From Geosiphon pyriformis uo1 (Eukaryota; Fungi; Glomeromycota), in assembly GCA_016748015.1 (NCBI GenBank), contig JAAOMT010000213.1:402485-466484 (forward strand): a stretch of 64,000 nucleotides of DNA, given 5' to 3'. The number at the start of each line of letters is the position of its first letter. Position 1 is the first letter of the stretch. Under the pieces are notes generated by a model. It saw nothing but the letters and a program-made list of their open reading frames with translations, was not told the origin of the DNA and searched no databases. The position numbers were made by a program, and so were the translations under genes. Below are positions 44,592 to 58,899 of this stretch, piece by piece.

Positions 44592-45124
44592 TCTATCTGG
44601 AATCACTTTACACAATATCTAACCATCAAAAGTGTATTCAGCCTTTTGTATGATGGAATTTGGGTTTCTCTCCTGACAATATACGCAAATACAACTTATT
44701 CTATGAAAATTTTTCAGCAAAAATCTTTTCGCTGCTATCTATTTCAAGAAATTGTACTGTTGGTAAAATCTTATAATGTACAGCAAATCTAAAAAAGCTT
44801 TTTACTAGGATTCTTTACTATAATAAAACTGTTTGATGCTTGCAAGTGTTTTTTTTTGGATTAATTTGTCCACAATACAAAATTTCTTTTGCATTTAAAG
44901 CTAAATGAAAAGTTCATTTAGGTTACCTATGTTTTTCTCATTCGGAGGTTTTATATTGTTCTGATCAAGAAAAGCACTCCAAAGAATCAGGGACTTTCCC
45001 TTTAAAGTTTACAAAAATTGTCGCGTTCTTGTATTACCCACAAAAGTGTTCATGAACACAATTGTAGCGATCCAAACTCATCCTAACCGATTTTAAAATG
45101 AGGGCATTTGTTATCGTGATAACC

Positions 45125-46150
45125 TTAATAGGCGGTAACATTGTTGGAAACATCCCCGAAGAGCCTTGGCAACTCGTTTCGAACAGAACCCAAAAAATTA
45201 TAGTTGAGATCCAGGTCACTGGATCTGAGAGATTGCAAATTCATACATGATAAAAACTCTAGCCCTATTTGCGTGATTCTAGGACAAAACGAGACATCAA
45301 CTTTCTTGAGTTTTCGGAGGTTTTCGGCGATACAGTATAAAGAAACGTCATGAATATTGCATCCACACATCACAAGCGTCTCCAGTTCAAAGCAATGGGT
45401 TGCAACTTTAATTATAGCCTCGTCTGACACGTTTTTCAACCCACCAAGATGTAACTCTTTTAGATATGGGACGTATGGCGCGAGAATTATCAAAAATTGA
45501 GACGTCACACGAGAACAGGCTGAGAGATTAAGTGCGTTGAGGGAATGAAAAGCAGTCATTGGGTAGGCGAGATCATCTGTAACCCATGGGCAGAATGTCA
45601 AATCTAAATTTTCTATGTGTTGTTGTCGTTTTGCCAAATCAGTGATTACACGTGAAGTCATTCGGAAACATCTTTCGAGGTTGACTTCGCGTAATCGATT
45701 GCTTCCTAAAGCCAATGCCTTAATGGTTTTATCAGTCAGATTCCGACAATCTCGTAAATAAATGATTCGAAGTTCAGGGCATTGTTGTGCAAAAATTTCC
45801 AAAACAGAGTCCGTCACATTCCCCAAGTAACTCAGATCAAGTTTTATGAGGCGGTGACAGGCATTGATAAGGCTCATAAGTAGGGCATTTTCACTATAGC
45901 TGTAAGCTCCTATCGTGTTGAAACAAAGCTCTCGAATGAAAATAGCGTTTTTTGGATGATCTTCAAGCGATCTTTTTAGAGTTCTAGCTGCTTCAAAGTT
46001 TCGGAAATAAGGTGATCGCCAGACCAGAGGAACCACCAAATTATATAGCGAACGGTTGATGAAAAGGCAAGTGTGGAGTGTGTTTGAGTCAAGGTACTCC
46101 AAAATATGAAGTAAAACATCATTTATGAGTATTTGTTTTCTTTGAGCCAT
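45125..46150 (-). CDS. F-box/LRR protein (intronless)
   Basis: N-terminal F-box-like segment LINDVLLHILEYL...CLFINRSLY, then cysteine-containing LRRs (LRDCRNLTD, LTFCPWVTD). Confidence 0.88.
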   Translation of the reverse strand: MAQRKQILINDVLLHILEYLDSNTLHTCLFINRSLYNLVVPLVWRSPYFRNFEAARTLKRSLEDHPKNAIFIRELCFNTIGAYSYSENALLMSLINACHRLIKLDLSYLGNVTDSVLEIFAQQCPELRIIYLRDCRNLTDKTIKALALGSNRLREVNLERCFRMTSRVITDLAKRQQHIENLDLTFCPWVTDDLAYPMTAFHSLNALNLSACSRVTSQFLIILAPYVPYLKELHLGGLKNVSDEAIIKVATHCFELETLVMCGCNIHDVSLYCIAENLRKLKKVDVSFCPRITQIGLEFLSCMNLQSLRSSDLDLNYNFLGSVRNELPRLFGDVSNNVTAY

Positions 46151-47170
46151 TTCTAAAAAGATATTTAAATGGTTTGCCGTAGGGTGTCAGAATCGAAAAT
46201 GACTTTCACACTCCACTCGTTAAGAAAAGTGACAACTAGAATTTTTGCATGAATTTTTTTATTATTACATTTTAAATCTTCAATAAAATCACATGATATA
46301 TTCCATCCTAGCTGTGTAATTTGAATGATCGCGTACTAGATTAAAAATATGCCATTTTTTTAAAAAACTCTAAATACTATTAATTATAAAGTTACTTTTT
46401 TTAATTAATAAAATCTATTTTTTATGTTTAAATTACTTTTTAATTAAATATGTTTTACTTTATAATATTAAATACACATTTGAATTTTTTGGAATCTTAA
46501 ATGCTGATTTGGTAAAATTAGTAATAAAATTTGTTAATAATACAAGTTTTTTTTTAATATAAAACTAAAAAATTTTTTTTTTATAAAAATCCAAGTTGAA
46601 ATTTTAAGTAATAATAAAATAAGTAATTCTTTAAATATTTTTATGAAAAAGACAAATTATTATTGTAAAAAATAACAAAGACTCCTAAAGTTAAAATAAA
46701 TAAACATGTTTATAGTTTTTTTGGTTTGACTAATATAATCTTAACTGATTTGAATAATTGGTTACATGTAACAAACACATAAGCTGGTTTTATTATGTGA
46801 ATTGTAATTGAATTATACTTGTTACCAAATAATAATAATAATAATTGAATAAATTAAGAAAAATGCTAAGTAAAAAATCAAGAATAGTTTATAATTTAAA
46901 TTTCAACTGGGCAATTGCAGAAAAAGTTGTTTTTAAAACACAATTATTCCAAAAATAAAAATGTTTTTTGCCACTAAGAAATATTTATCAAACTGTAAAG
47001 CAAATAATGCAGCATTTCACAAACTTAGTCTTAACTATCAACTATATTGATTTACGTATATTTTGAAAAAATATAAAGCCAAATAGAAGATCTTTATCAA
47101 CAAAGCAAAAATTAATCTGAAGAAAAAAGATTGAATCTTAATATTATGCCAATAGATAGATTTTTATTTA

Positions 47171-50100
47171 ATGGAAAACAATCTCACAAATTCCCCAGAG
47201 ATTTTACCACCTATGAATGTTCTTAGCTCAATACCTGTAGAAATACCTTTGCGAGCTCACAATGAACTTCCGGCTCAAGTTCTGAATGAACAATCACCAG
47301 CTAATCTTTCCTCGTCACCCCACTCCATTACACCACCATCCCCCTCTTCTAAATCTACCTCACCAGAGATAATATTGCCCAAACGTGAATTTAATGTAGA
47401 ATCTAAAAACCGGGATTCTTCTTTTTATCAACAATTGTTCATTAATGTTGATCAACCTGTTGGTAGTATGTCAATTTCACCCTCCAGTCGTGATGTAGTG
47501 CTAGCAGCGTATGTTTTATTTTGGATTTCGAAATTCCTTATTAAGATACATGTATATGTAGTTTTATTAATGTGGATACATACCAAAATTTCATGATATT
47601 TTTCCAGCCGTAAGGGTCTCTTCATTATTGATCTGGAAAATCCGTATAATCCCCCGCGGGTACTCAATCATTTAACAAAATGGGAGGTTGCTGACGTACA
47701 ATGGAATCCACATCAAGCCCGAGATACATGGGTTGCTTCAACTGTACGCTTATTTGCGTTGATTTTTGTTGAGAGTTTCAGCTTGTTATTTGAAAAGAAT
47801 GCTATTGGTCTATTATGATCTTCCTTAATGGTTTTTTTAGTCTAACCAAAAGGCTCTTATTTGGAATCTTGATTATTCGTCATCTGGGGCCGTTAAAATT
47901 ATTCTACATAGCCATACGCGTGCTATTAGTGATATAAATTGGCATCCCTTTAATCCTGATGAACTTGCAACATGTTCTGTTGATACATTTGTTCATCTTT
48001 GGGATTTAAGGATTGAAAAGAAACCCGTAATGTCTTTTTGTGCTTGGACTGGTATGTATATGGTCTATTACACTTTGAAAGAATCTTTCTAATTCGACAA
48101 AACATAGATAACTAATAATCGTTCAATTTATTAATCAAAGCTGGTGCTACACAAGTAAAATTCAATAAGAAAAATCAATATATACTGGCTTCCTCTCATG
48201 ATACCGATGTTAAAATATGGGACACTCGTGTAAGTATGATAAAATAATCTCATTAAAGAACAATTTGCTGTGATATGAAACTGATATTCATTTTTGGATT
48301 TTACATAAGCGAGGTTCTCGTCCCGTAACGAATATAAAAGCCCATACAACCAAAATCTATGGAATTGACTGGAGTAGAAAAAACGAAACAGACATAATTA
48401 CCTGTAGTTTGGACAAACGCGTAAAGGTATAAATCAATTAAACGTATATATTATGAAATAGCTCATTTGGCTTATTGAACTAGGTCATAACCTACCAAAG
48501 GTCTGGAACACTAATCAACCTGAAATATGTCAACGAGTCATTGAAACAAATTCGCCGGTTTGGCGTGCTAGACACACTGTAAGCTTGACCTAATATTAAT
48601 CTCTCTTGATCTCTCTAAAAGCTTATTAATTTGGCTATCTGGATGTTAGCCAGTTGGTCTTGGTATACTCACGATGCCACAACGTTCAGAGAATACACTT
48701 TATCTTTGGAACCGTGAGAACCCGGAAAAACCAGTATACGCTTTTCGAGGACATACAGATGTTGTTAAAGAGTTTGTTTGGAGGGTAAAAGGTGGTGGTG
48801 ACCCGGATGTTGGTAAGCTCTTTTAAAGAATGGGGCTATTTTTGAAATTTACAAAATTTTCTCATTTTTAATGACATTTCACAGATGATCGTGAATTCCA
48901 ATTAATCACATGGTCGAAAGATCAAACTTTACGATTATGGCCAATTACCGATGACCAATTAAAGGTATTTTCGAGCTTTATCCCAAAAATTATCGTATTA
49001 TTTGCGAATTTATCAGTTTTATTTCCAGTCTATCGGCCATATAAGGGGTAGAGCAAGATCGCCGTTGATTCGAAAATCACGTATCGACTCTAGTTTTACA
49101 TTCCGAGATCCCCCAAAAACTGATGCTCATTCGACATCGCCCACCTTAGCGCCATCTACCGCAGTGTCTACCTTACGTGTGATTGCTGGTAATCGTATTG
49201 CGACAATGTCCCAGATGAGACCCTCCGGAGCGTCTGGAGGAGGAGTAACTAGTATCACAAGTTACATGAATTCATCTGCTGGAGTCTATCCTAGGCAAAG
49301 ATCAATATCACCAATTCTCTGGATGCAAGGAGTGAAATTAGTAAAACCTAGTGGAGATATCCGTGCTGATGAGGAGACGCCACAAGGTCTAGCTCAAGAA
49401 ATTTCTTCGGTGGTGAACAAATATCAGAATGAGGTGAAATTTGAAAAGGTACTGCTCCATTAATAACAATTTGCGACTTTTTCATTTTCTTTCCTCCTGA
49501 TAATCTCCTTCGTTTACACCAGATTAATGTCACAAACCGTAGTTGTACTATTAGTCTACATACACATGGACCTTGGTCCGATAGTGGTGTTGCTCTCCTA
49601 CGTATCAATATATCGTTCCCTTCTCAATATCCTGACAAGACGATACCAATTTTTGATATTCAAAAGACCGGAATGATATCTATAATGAACAGAGCCCATA
49701 CATTACAAATCCTTAATGGTATAGCTCTGCAGCACGTGTCACAAAAGCGTCCATGTCTTGAAGCCTGCATTCGTCATCTCCTTGGAAAGCACTCTCCAGA
49801 GGATATGTATGATCGATATGGCAGAGATGATTCCGACGAAGAAACTTTAATGAATTCTTCAAGAAGAACATCTTATGATAAAAGCTATATCTATTTTCTT
49901 GGCGATAAGGACGATCACAATGTACTTTTCCCTATTTTGTGTGGGGCAAGATTCTCAGGAAATGGTATTCACGTTTTTTTTTAGGGCTCCCTTCTCAAAT
50001 ATTCAATTTTATTAATGAGATTTTCAACCTAAAGGTCAACTTGTCTGTTTTTTCTCAAGTTTGCGTACCCCTGATACAACTGTCCCTACAACACCAGCCA

Positions 50101-51501
50101 AAGCAAATACAACTACTACTCTCCGCGTCATGCCAACTTATACCTACACCCATCCCAGATCATATGAATCCTTAGAACAGTATAGAGCTATATCTCGATT
50201 ACCACGTCAGATTCCCCGTTACAGTGGTGATGAAAACTCATTATCTGATGGACAAGATGACGAAGATGACGTAATAACCCCCCTTTTGTATTTTAGACCA
50301 AAGGTATTTAATATTGTTAGTTTATTTCTGTTATGCTTTGGGACATATAATGGTATTTATGAAACTTAACGAATAATAGGGTGGCTCACGTGAGACTTCA
50401 TCAGATCCTTCAAACCTTTTCCAGCCCATCAAATTAGATCGGACAGGAATTATTGTTTACATTCACGATCTTTCTGAATGGATGCCCGTTAGCCAGAAAT
50501 TGGCCTTGGAATACACGTATTTATATTCAGTTTGTGTAAAATTCTTCATTAGGCCAACCATTAATATATTAAAAATTTATAGTCTTTATGGCGATGATCC
50601 AGTAGAGATTTGCAAATATAATGCAAAAGTTGCAGCGAAACATAAACGGCCTGATTTAGAAGAAGTTTGGTTATTAGCTTCTTTCATACTTGCAGAGAAT
50701 GTTCCATTAGAGCGAAGAAAAGACATTTCTGTTATTCGTGATAATAGAGGAAGTTACACAGAGAATTTATCTCTGGTGATGACAAATCAAGCCAAATATT
50801 TAAAGAAAAGAAGGGATAGTGGAACAGGGTTTGATCCTTTTTTTGAAGATTTCAGCTCACATTGTTTGTTTAGCAAAGTACAATGGGGCTCACATCCCTG
50901 GGGGGTAAGGCTTATCAGAGAATTGTAGGTATGAATTATGTTATGGTCGTAAATTATACGTTGGGAAAATCTCATTTTAATTGGGAGAAAATTTTTCCAA
51001 GATTTCAACATTTTGCCGCCATTGGAGATGTTCAGACCTTGGCAATTCTATCTTGTGTCTTACAAGAGCCTTTTCCACCAGATCCCAAGCTAGTATGGCT
51101 AACGGACTATAATGCTATTGTAAGTATTTTGTTTCCGCTGTAAGGTTCATTGTGATGGATAACCAAATAAAATTTTACAGGTAACTCCTGAATCATTGAG
51201 TGGTGCGACGACCTGTGCTACAGACTATTTTAACTATTATATGCGCCATCCAGAAAAACGCAGCCAAAGTCAAAATTTTTTACCCCAAATGACCACACAA
51301 TTTGTTGGTACCTTTGCCGACTCTTTCAATTCTTCCAAAGAATCATGGGGTACTTATCAATACCAAACATCAGAAGCTAGTGGTAATGCCGGAAATTCAC
51401 CTACACCTCCAACGCCTAATTATTGGCGAGAGGAAACCTTCACCGGTACTGGATCTACTATGGTGCTGATGACAGGACATTCAACTCATAATCATTATAA
51501 C

Positions 51502-51532
<31 letters not shown>

Positions 51533-52452
51533 GAAGGTCAACAGTTGGTACAGCAAATCGAGATCCTATTTGTTTGCCTTCAAGTTCCAGTTCAAACACT
51601 TCTTCTCCGCGTACTCCAAAAAGATCTAGTCCCGCTACAGGCGGAGGACCAATTTCTAATCGATTGGAACAACTTGGATGGGTGGAAATTGATAAGAAAA
51701 AACCTGCTGAAGTGGATATAGTCATGATGAATTGTAATGAATTTGATGATGAGAGGAGGTAAGTTATAATATTATCATTATTCTCTGACCAGCAAAACAA
51801 CCAATATATGTATTTTTCTTTTAATTAATTCTTTTGAGGGTTCGTTCATCAAAGACCACTTCACGTTCCCCTGCTAGATCCTGGGCGGGAATCTTCGGCA
51901 ATCTATGATCAATATCGACTAGCTTACGCTGAATTATTGTATCACTGGGGTCTAATGGAAGCACGTGCAGAACTTTTGAAATTCATGTGTTTTGTAAAAA
52001 GCGATAATATAAGGGGTACTTCAGATCACTGTCAGACACTAGGTGAAATCTTTAAATTTTCTGAATTGATTTGTATCTTCAACTGGCTATAACTTTGCCT
52101 CAAAATTCTTAGAAATATTTATTCACTGCCACGGGTGTGGCGCTGAGTTAAAACCTGATATAAAATGCGGCAATTGTCAACGCAAAATGCCCGGAATAAA
52201 ATGCTCAATATGTCATCGTATAGTGAAAGGTTCATTTATTTTTTATTAGAATTTATTTCTCACCTGATAAAAATTACGATGAATTCTCATTTTCTAGGTT
52301 TGATGAATTTTTGTGTGGTATGCTCTCATGGAGGCCACACTGACCATCTTCGTGAATGGTTTGCGGCAGGAAATAATCAATGTCCGTCAGGATGTGGATG
52401 CTTATGTGTATTAGAAGAAGGAGGTTTTGGTGTTGATGATGGAAATGGTTAA
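47171..52452 (+). CDS. WDR59: GATOR2/SEACAT subunit WDR59 (Sea3/Mtc5), multi-exon
   Basis: WD40 N-terminus (VGSMSISPSSRDVVLA, WEVADVQWNPH, VWRAR), an RWD domain, CGARFSG, GDVQTLA and a C-terminal RING (CSHGGHTDHLREWF...CPSGCGC). Confidence 0.93.
51502..51531 (+). repeat. (CAT)n poly-His tract in WDR59
   Basis: 10 CAT codons in frame in a low-complexity exon. Confidence 0.85.
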
Positions 52453-53188
52453 AGTGGGATTATGTACAAAATGGTAATTCCACACAAAAAGGAAGACTAA
52501 AATTACTAACTTATAAAAATATAACGTTGAATTATGATTGTTGGGCTCACAAAAATTGCATTTCAAATTAGAAAGTAGGAGCATTATATAATTTATTCAA
52601 GATATTTTTCAATAGTAGATATTTTTTAAACAAAATAACCAATGAGATAATAAAAACCTTAATACTATAATTGTTATTTAATAATTTAATATCCGTATAA
52701 TAAAATAAATTAGTTTTTAAAAATAAATACTAAAATAATATCTTTGATTGATTGTGTTTAATATATATTATATTTATAAAATTAATTTTTTAATTTTTTC
52801 AAACTCATTAATTTGAAATAGAAAAATATTGAGACATTCAATAATTACTAATAAAGATTACCAAAATATTGGCTTCATTCAAATTCGACAAGATTATTGT
52901 TTGTCTAAATTTTTATACCTGGCGTAGGATTAGATCATGATTAAATATGAAACATTGGCTTATATTATCACTTTACTTATAACAGTCTAATTTCAATTCT
53001 AGTGTTTAGTTTTTCATATTTCTCAAGAAGATTGAAAATTAGATTGGGAATCAAGAGAAGTAATGACCAGTTAATTATCATTTAAGCCTATATAAATATA
53101 AAATTTCCGGGTCCTGATTATAAACGTCTAAACTTTTATCAACAATAATGGCTCTTTAACCCAATTCCAATTTCCAATTTCTAATACA

Positions 53189-55053
53189 ATGCTTTCTTAT
53201 TTAAAACGACACCTACGCGGTATTGCTATCACGGCTGGGATTACTGGAGGTGTTTATATTTTAGGAAAGTATGCAAAGTGGAAGATTGAGGAGTTCAAAG
53301 ATAAAGTAGGAGCTGAGAGGACTGCAAAAGAAAAGTAGGCATTAAGGTGATCCACCTTCTAAAGAACCATAAATTTTCTTATTTTTTTGGTTTATAATCT
53401 AACGGATAAATACTTAATTAATTCCCCGTCAATTTGACATCTTCAAGTATGAAACGTCGTTTTTTGCAAAGACAAAATGATTGCACCTATGTAGTCTTGC
53501 CACTCCTCTCATCAATAGGGGAACAGCTCTGGTCTGAAATTGATATAGAATCAATAATTGGGAAGCTTCAAAGAGCAAAGGGTAACCAATCTTCGACACC
53601 AACTACTTCTCCCTCTTCGTCTGGGGTTTTGGTGAAACACAGTATGTATAAACCTAATTTTTAGTGGTTTTAATTGAAAAAAGACCTTCGTTTCATTTTA
53701 TGGAAACCTTAATAGAAGACCATCAAATTACCGACGTTCCGGTTGAAGGGGAAAAGAAGGCAGAGTCCGAGGTTGGATACGAATCAAGCGATCAGAATTC
53801 TTCCCAAACTCCACCTTTATTAAGTAAAAAAGAGAAGTTAAAGCTATGGAATGAAGTGAAAATCAAAAGTATACCTCAATTTGATATATAAAACTCTTAA
53901 GTTGAGGGATTGTAAAAATCTAAATAATTATTTTCGATACTTAGGTCTTACCCGTACCATATCATCCATATATTTGCTCACATTTCTTACAATTCTTACC
54001 CACGTTCAACTCAATCTATTGGGAAGATTTAATTACCTATACTCCGTGCTATCACTTACTGAACGTGATAAAGAAACAACGATTCAAATACAACCAGCCA
54101 AAGGAATTGTCTTAAGTCCTGATAATGAAAAGAATTATTTGTTCTTCACCTGGTGGTTATTAAATGTCGGCTGGAAACGAGTGGTGGAACGTGTTAATAT
54201 TGTAGTCGAACGGATCGTTACTGAGTTTGTTCTTTTTTCATTGTTGTATATTTCTATTTGGTAATTAAATCAATCAAGCCTTCAACTCACCAAGCGAGAT
54301 TCTCATTTCGGGTACTCATGATAGTATTCCCATCAATCGAGAACTTTCATACAAAGATTTTGTCTGGTTAATTTCTGAGATTCGTGGACAGATTGATGGC
54401 TCTGATGATATTGAAGGGGAAAGCATGTTACAAGGGTAATAAACTAACATGTTTTTTATTCAATTTATTATTAAATATCAACTCTGCAGCTAAAATCTCT
54501 AGATTTCGAAATGTCATGCTTCCTGAAACCTTGTCTGAGGAATTGGACGTATTGCGACAAGTTGGCGAGGATGAACCAATAATCGATGGTGAACTAAGGA
54601 AGTTATTAGACGAAACCAAGGATTTCCTAGATAGGTATATACAATTTATCAATATATTTTGAATCCATCTTATAATTGATGCTTTACATTTGCAAATTTT
54701 TATTGTAGCCCTGACTTCAAAGTTGTGCAGTCGGCCTGTCTGACCGCTGGTTTTGATCTTTTTCAAAATGACATGTATCCTCATTTTATTTTACTGGAAA
54801 ACGACGAAGAAAACATTCAACCACCCGGGAAGATTATTAACCTGGCTATGCTCCTTCCAGATTTGAGTAAACAGGCACATGTAATAATCAATGGCGTGCC
54901 CAATAGATATCTTGAGGTTGAGTTTATCATTCAAATTTTTATTAAATTTGAAATTTTACTGATCTTGATCTAAACTCATAGGCTGTAAAAAATGTCAAAG
55001 AATTCCAAGAATTCACTGCTATTATCTATTCATCATTTGACGACGTACTATAA
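53189..55053 (+). CDS. PEX3: Peroxin 3 (multi-exon)
   Basis: Motifs YLKRHLRGIAITAGITGGVY, MKRRFLQRQNDC, KLKLWNEVKI, HVQLNLLGR, WWLLNVGW, LLDETKD and EFTAIIYSSF. Confidence 0.93.
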
Positions 55054-55505
55054 GTAACCCATATTTCTACCCTTCGAAATACCCAGCAATTAGAAGGAAT
55101 ATAAAAAAATGTTCGATATCATGTGTTTGGTAATCTCACATCGATGCTCAAATATAAATACCACATAACGACAAAGAATTCCTAGATTTTCCACTCGATT
55201 AAGAAATCTACCCACGTGAGCCGCCAAGTAATATATCTTTTAGCACCTTCTTACTATTACACTTCAATCATGCCCTAATCATTATCTCGTGATTGAACCT
55301 GTTTTGACAATAGTGGTGTGGTGTTCACTGCTGAGCCCGAGATGTCCCTGAAATAAATGCTGTGAAAATTCCCCTTTTTATAATGATAAAAAAAAAGACT
55401 ATAAAGCATACCATATGTTTTCCCTTTGCCTTCTTAGTTTTTAGGAATAAATTTTGGCAACATTTTGCAAAGCCTGTATTTTCTTCAATTACTTTGTAGG
55501 TGGAT

Positions 55506-56729
55506 TTACCTTATTACAGGGAAAATACTTATCTTTTCACTTTTCTGCTCCCTGAGAACCAACAATTTAGGAGATACCCAATCAGGATCAATTAATTGTG
55601 ATATATCATCCCCTTTATATTGGGGTATCAGCTAAATATAGAATTAAACAAATTCATTATTAATATCATTTCTTTCAGACTAGAAGTTATATTAAATCAT
55701 AAACATACGGCGCGTATTATATTATAAGCGGCTTCCCGCGATGAATATTCCCTGATCATATGAGCTGTCCCAAATTCATGATATAAACGAGTCTCGTTCG
55801 ACCTAAACAGGACATCATCAACGCGTAAGAAATAACGCTGAAGAACAAAAAATCCAGATGGCATTACGCGCTAAATTTTCAAAATTTTAATTGGATAATA
55901 TTAGAAAAAAGCGTTTTTTCAAAGTCCGCAAACTTAATTATTTCCTTACTATTTTAACAAGTAGTATAGCAATCCCATTGTCAGCTAATTCATCTTCAAA
56001 TAATATATTTTCGTCATAAAAGCTTATCGGTTCAGGTTGCCTGAGTTTTTCTAAATCAATGCGATCTTCAGTTGCCTCAAATTTCTATGAAAAAATTGTG
56101 ATAATAAGTTTTCATTAGATTTGAGATGTTCATAATATCGATGATAAACTTGAGAAAAATTGTATATATAAAAAACCCGCCCATCCCAAGTTAGAGATCA
56201 ATGTCCCTTTATAATCAGTTGTATATGTCCAATCATAGGGCTTAATTATATCTTTATGATATTGACTATTTATTGTGCTTTAAAATCGAGGATATTTAGG
56301 TTCCCAGCTAAAAATAATCTGGAATAAGATTAGGAACATAATCAAAGAGAAAGTATTTACCTCTTTTTATTCCATTCTTCTGCATATGCCAACTCAACTT
56401 TGCTGCAACCTTCTTTCGAGGAACCCATCGACTTCAAGGCATCCATTGGCGAAAATTTGTACTTGAAACCAGTTTCATTCGAGATTGTAAGGGTGTTGTT
56501 TCCGAAAAACATTTCAGGGAGTGGCATTGAAAGCTCTGCTTGGGCCCTAAAATGCAAAAGAAGCTTTGTTAAAGAGCCTTTAAAACGTGTAAAAAGATGT
56601 TTTTTACCGCTCAATTTCCCGAGAGTTGAGAATTGGAAGCTTGGTGGAAGTAATTGACCAGCCTTGAGTGATTATACTGGAGCTGGGCCCTTCTCGATAG
56701 GTTTTAAAAGAAACGGGTACTGCTGTCAT
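55506..56729 (-). CDS. TIP41: TIP41-like PP2A/TOR regulator (multi-exon)
   Basis: Motifs [34 protein letters not shown] and [33 protein letters not shown]. The 3' end may be extended by two further exons. Confidence 0.93.
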
Positions 56730-56795
56730 TATGAATAAGCCCCTAGATGAAAACACCAGTTCACGAATTTAGAAATTGTTAAAAGGTGTTCATCC

Positions 56796-56890
56796 ATGAC
56801 TCATCATCTTTCCAGTGTGATACTTTTCATGTCACAAAAAGTCATCATTAAAGTCCCGATTTCAAAACTAGATTTGGATTTGATGAGTCA
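56796..56890. promoter_or_regulatory. Two Gcn4/CpcA (AP-1-type TGACTCA) sites in the TIP41/PDX1 divergent promoter
   Basis: ATGACTCAT at 56796-56804 and ATGAGTCA at 56883-56890, followed by a TATA-like GTATAAAA at about 56944. Confidence 0.6.
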
Positions 56891-57009
56891 ATTATGACGC
56901 AAATTAGATATTGCTAATCGGTATAACCACACCAGATTAGAAAGTATAAAATATATGTCAAAAAATTTTAAACTATTCGTTGCTTCTTTTCCTGATTTTT
57001 ATTTTTAAA

Positions 57010-58383
57010 ATGTCTAGTTTCGATATTCCATCAAACCTTGTGTCTTTTCCTGATGAGAAAATTTTTTCTTCCAAACCTATTCAAAATGGAGTTCCCCTGC
57101 AGGCTACCTTTGCTCTTAAAGCTGGTCTGGCTCAAATGTTGAAAGTAAGTTTTTTTGTCGCATCTCAGCTTTGCCTGATCTATCATATATTTATACTTCC
57201 ATTATTGAATACCAAACATATAAAGCGAAATAATTTTTCAATTCTTCCTTGCTAAGGGGGGTGTCATAATGGATGTGATTAATGTTGAACAAGCTAGGAT
57301 AGCGGAAGAAGCAGGAGCAACAGCTGTAATGGCCTTAGAGCGTGTTCCGGCAGACATTAGAAAGGAGGGTGAGGCGCTTGAAAAAGTTTTTATCAATTTT
57401 TAATATAAATCAATCAATCAATCAATAATTATATGTTTTCACTACGAAGGAGGGGTAGCTCGGATGTCCGATCCCAAAATGATCAAGGAGATAAAAGAGG
57501 CTGTCACCATCCCAGTAATGGCTAAAGTAAGAATTGGTCATTTTGTAGAAGCCCAGGTTAGTAATAAATTCTTTATTTATTCCGTTTTAATTTTCTATAA
57601 ACAGTAGGTTTAAAAATTGATTCGAGGACTTGATAGATTTTAGAGGCAATCGGTGTAGATTTCATTGATGAATCAGAGGTGCTTACCCCAGCCGATGAGC
57701 AATATCATATCAACAAAAATAAATACCAAATTCCATTTGTATGTGGCGCCAAAAATTTGGGGGAAGCCCTTCGACGAATTTCTGAGGGTGCCGCTATGAT
57801 TCGAACCAAAGGTGAAGCAGGAACGGGAAATGTTGTCGAAGCCGTCCGCCATATGAGAACTATTACATCAGAAATTAGACGTGCTTCTCTTATGAGTGAA
57901 GAAGAATTGTTTGGCTATGCCAAAGAATTACAGGCCCCATATGAGCTTTTGAAAGAAACTGCAAGACTGAAAAGGCTCCCTGTTGTAAACTTTTCGGCTG
58001 GAGGAGTGGCAACGTAAAGATTAAAAAATATTTTTGTAAGTAAATTATTTTCAATCCTCAAATATTTTCAATTTTTAGACCGGCAGATGCAGCGCTGATG
58101 ATGCAGCTAGGATGTGATGGTGTGTTTGTGGGTTCAGGGATTTTTAAATCAGGCGATCCGGTAAGGAGGGCCAAAGCTATTGTGCATGCTGTAACACATT
58201 ACAATGATCCAATAGAGTTGGCAAAAGCATCAGAAGATATTGGAGAAGCGATGGTAATTTTTTTATGTTTATTGTATTTTTCCTTTCGTTTAGATTTGCA
58301 AAGGTTAATCTGAAAATAAATAGGTTGGTATTAATATCGACACGTTACTGGAGAACCAACTTATGGCAAAACGTGGTTGGTAG
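57010..58383 (+). CDS. PDX1: Pyridoxal 5'-phosphate synthase subunit PDX1/SNZ (multi-exon)
   Basis: Motifs GLAQMLK|[41 protein letters not shown] and [11 protein letters not shown], ending AKRGW*. Confidence 0.97.
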
Positions 58384-58899
58384 ACATTAAAGGTATATCT
58401 TCTTTTGGATAAATTCATTGCCCTATATAATTATAAATGGTATATAGAGTTATTTATATTCCTCTATTCCCTTGTTTAGAGTATTTAAATAGAATGTGTG
58501 GTCTTAACTCGATCATTTAGTTTTAGGACTATCACTAGTATTATTTAAGATCAGATATTTTCAATTCGAAAAATAAATTCACAGCTTCTGAATCCTTGCC
58601 GTAGAATTTATGGTATTGTAAAATTTAAACAGCAATTGTTCTCAAGATTCCCATCAAAAATTAAATTAGAGGTGAAATTTCATAAGACGAAAAAATCAAC
58701 ATTGGCTAAAAAGGAGTAAACAAGAAAAGCTTATTTAACAGGAGCAAAACATAATGCAATATTGTGCTACAACACAAAGGATGACTATCAAAGTTACTGT
58801 TATTAGTAATTAATTTCAAAACTGTAAAATAACATTGCAATAAATTACAACACTGGGAGATTATTTTAAAATCGCAACTTTTGAAAATTAATTATTATA

